A stretch of 64,000 bases of DNA from Lingula anatina (taxonomy: Eukaryota; Animalia; Brachiopoda), in assembly GCA_051362555.1 (NCBI GenBank), contig CM120645.1, positions 7,626,001 through 7,690,000 of the forward strand, written 5' to 3'. Below, piece by piece: positions 61,697 through 64,000 of this stretch (the first letter of the stretch is position 1; each line of letters starts with the position of its first letter). The notes below the pieces were generated by a model. The model ran no database searches. It saw only the letters and a list, made by a program, of their open reading frames with translations, and was not told the origin of the DNA. The position numbers and the translations under genes are program-made.

Positions 61697-62606
61697 AAAA
61701 AACCTCGACCCTCACTACATGTATTATTGTCCTGGACGCATTATGTAGGCCCTATATGCAGATGTATATACTGTATAGGATGATCTGTAGCTAACAAATA
61801 ACCAAAACTATTTCGTAGAACACCGACAAGGTGCACTACTTACTTAATTACAAGGCAAACAATTCTGCTATCAAATATTCTTATTTATTATTAGCAATTA
61901 TGGCACATTCTATAATGCAACATATATATCTGTATTAAAATAGTTTAATTGCGCACATGTCACTTAATTTTGTTGTTCTTAAAAAAATGTGAATAAAAAC
62001 CAATAGTTCTAAACAAAGTGAAAAAATTACACTACAGTTGCATCATGGTACACAAATAAACAACATGAACTCAGCAGCTGTAAGAGAAATTTCAAAAGAG
62101 ATATCCCTTATGAATTGTGGGCGTGTGTTTCTGTAGGCCCTATCACTGAGGTTTACTTTGCCGATTATAGGCCCTACCCTTGCACAAAATCTGTATAATT
62201 TGTAGACCAATGTAGCTATATGATCACAGATGACCTTTATGGTTCAAGTCTTAATCTACATCTGTCAAGTAAAGGTCCAATGCAAAGCAAAATTAAAATA
62301 AAATTAGGAAGGCAAAACAAACATAAAATGTGGAACAAATGCGTTGTAATAAATAAACAAAAGACAATTGGATGATTCTTTGCAAAGAATGAGATTAATC
62401 CAGCATACAAACGCCCGCGTTTGGAAGTTAAAATGACTTGAAATCGTGTGATAGGGGCTTGGTGACATATCAACACCGTATGGTGTATATGACATAACAA
62501 TTATTACCGTGATTATCATTCATATACAAAATTATATAAATATGATGTGACTTGATAAATATTTAGTTAAAGCTGACAATAGAACACCATTTGTGTATAG
62601 AAAAAG

Positions 62607-64000
62607 TCAGTTGGTGTTTTGGTAGTACGTTGTATCTGCTGGATTTTCAAGCACAAAGTAATAAGGTTCTTGTTGATTGGTAGGGTTGGGTTCTCGTGCC
62701 GGACAATAATCGTCATCGTCTGCAACATTTGGGTCGCTCGCTCTCTTACTCCGCGGAATGACGTCTGCGTATTGTGGAATGTTGTTCTGAGGAGAGTCTC
62801 CATTCCAGCGCCTGTCTTGCTCATTGGCGCCTTCTACCTCCTTTGCGACGGTACTGTAATACACATCGTCTGCTTTCCCTGGCGTTGTATAGTAATGGTT
62901 TTCTTTGGTATCAGATTTGAAACCTGGGGGTTGTGTGTAAGTATAGTCATGGGAGTCTGCGGCATCGTATTTTGGGTCATCCGCAGTGTTGTAAAACGGT
63001 TCATCGGTACCAGCCGAATACAATGTATTATTTCTCATTAAAACGGGCGACTGGTCGCCATTGTAAGTTGGTTTGGGAGACATCTTCGAAGGTTCACTGT
63101 AAATGTGTATTGAGCTCTCGTTGTTGTTCTTCGTCAGGTTTTCTTTGATGGATTTAAGGCTGTGTGGGTCCTGGTACACGTAAGGGGAATCATACTATAA
63201 AAAAGAAGAGAAAAAATGCAAGTTATTTTCCAAAGTCACAAGTCCAGCAGTAGGGGTGAACCGAATGCCGAAACTTTTCTTTTAAAACGTACCTACAGTA
63301 GTATTTTATCTGCTTAACACTATAGGTACATAAATTCAGTTATATGAATATAATATAATGCATCACTAATGTAAAATTTACAATACCCAATTTGTATTAG
63401 GCCTAAGATGAGCACAATTGAGCAATCTCACCTCGTTTGATGAATTCTTCCCTTTGCCTTTATTAAATAAGCTGTAAAATATGCAATGCAAACAGTTACA
63501 CCACAGCTTATCACACATGGTTCATGTTGTATTATTGTGCGGTTTAAGTTTTGATAAATAATTAACGGCTTTTATTAGCAAACGACCAAGACCTTGTAGA
63601 AAAATGAGTAGGCTACTCTGTGCTGAAAAAACTGCAATGTTTAATGCTTCGGACTTTGGAAAAACATGCTGGTAGGTTTTTGAAGGCACGGAACGATTTA
63701 AGAAAATGCAGAAAGACAAAGAATTACTTTACCCATATGTTCTGTTTCCATATAGGGTGGAAAAAGTAATGATGAATACACTAAATGAGTTCTACCAGCC
63801 CCAAGTCACCACAGAAGACCCACATATTTACCTTAGTAACATATCTCTCCTCTTCCACCATAGCAGTCCTAGTATAAGTATCACCAGGACCAGTAACACG
63901 GCTATCACAGTACCAGCTATGACACCGCCCTCACTAGGGCCGCTTTCGTGGGGCATGGTGTTGCCCCCTTGGGTTATTATCTGCATGGTTGTCGTTTGAG
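62607..64000 (-). CDS. Paralog C (5'-partial): stalk end/TM exon 63832->64000, exon 63432-63471, tail exon 62607-63194
   Basis: TM GGVIAGTVIAVLLVLVILILGLLWWKRRDMLL shares GLLWWKRRDMLL with paralog B, and has the same phase 2 and phase 0 introns. The tail aligns with B (LMR.N.LY, D.PKY.A, DYTYT, YYTTP, D[VI]YYS.V). The ectodomain lies outside the window. Confidence 0.85.

Overview
AT-rich, intron-containing animal genomic DNA, probably an invertebrate bilaterian; the taxon cannot be fixed from sequence alone. I built the gene models by hand from GT-AG boundaries and phase consistency. Left to right: (1) the 5' part of an ERC/ELKS/Bruchpilot-family gene (minus strand, running off the left edge); (2) a complete 11-exon RAD52 (plus) head-to-head with it, ATGs about 0.5 kb apart; (3) a 5'-truncated non-LTR retrotransposon; (4) a fibulin-1/2-type gene (plus) with two alternative C-terminal domain III ends resembling fibulin-1C and -1D; (5) a tandem array of at least three paralogous minus-strand genes for single-pass membrane proteins. 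The two complete copies of (5) have a signal peptide, an 8-Cys peritrophin-A/CBM14-like chitin-binding domain, a Ser/Thr stalk, a TM helix and a long Tyr-motif-rich tail. The third copy is truncated by the window, and every tail has one canonical ITIM. This receptor-like cluster is the best candidate for an undescribed system. Also present are several MITE families, a 1.67-kb non-autonomous DNA transposon, mini- and microsatellites, and a long hairpin in the 3' UTR of one fibulin isoform. No rRNA, tRNA or CRISPR array was seen.
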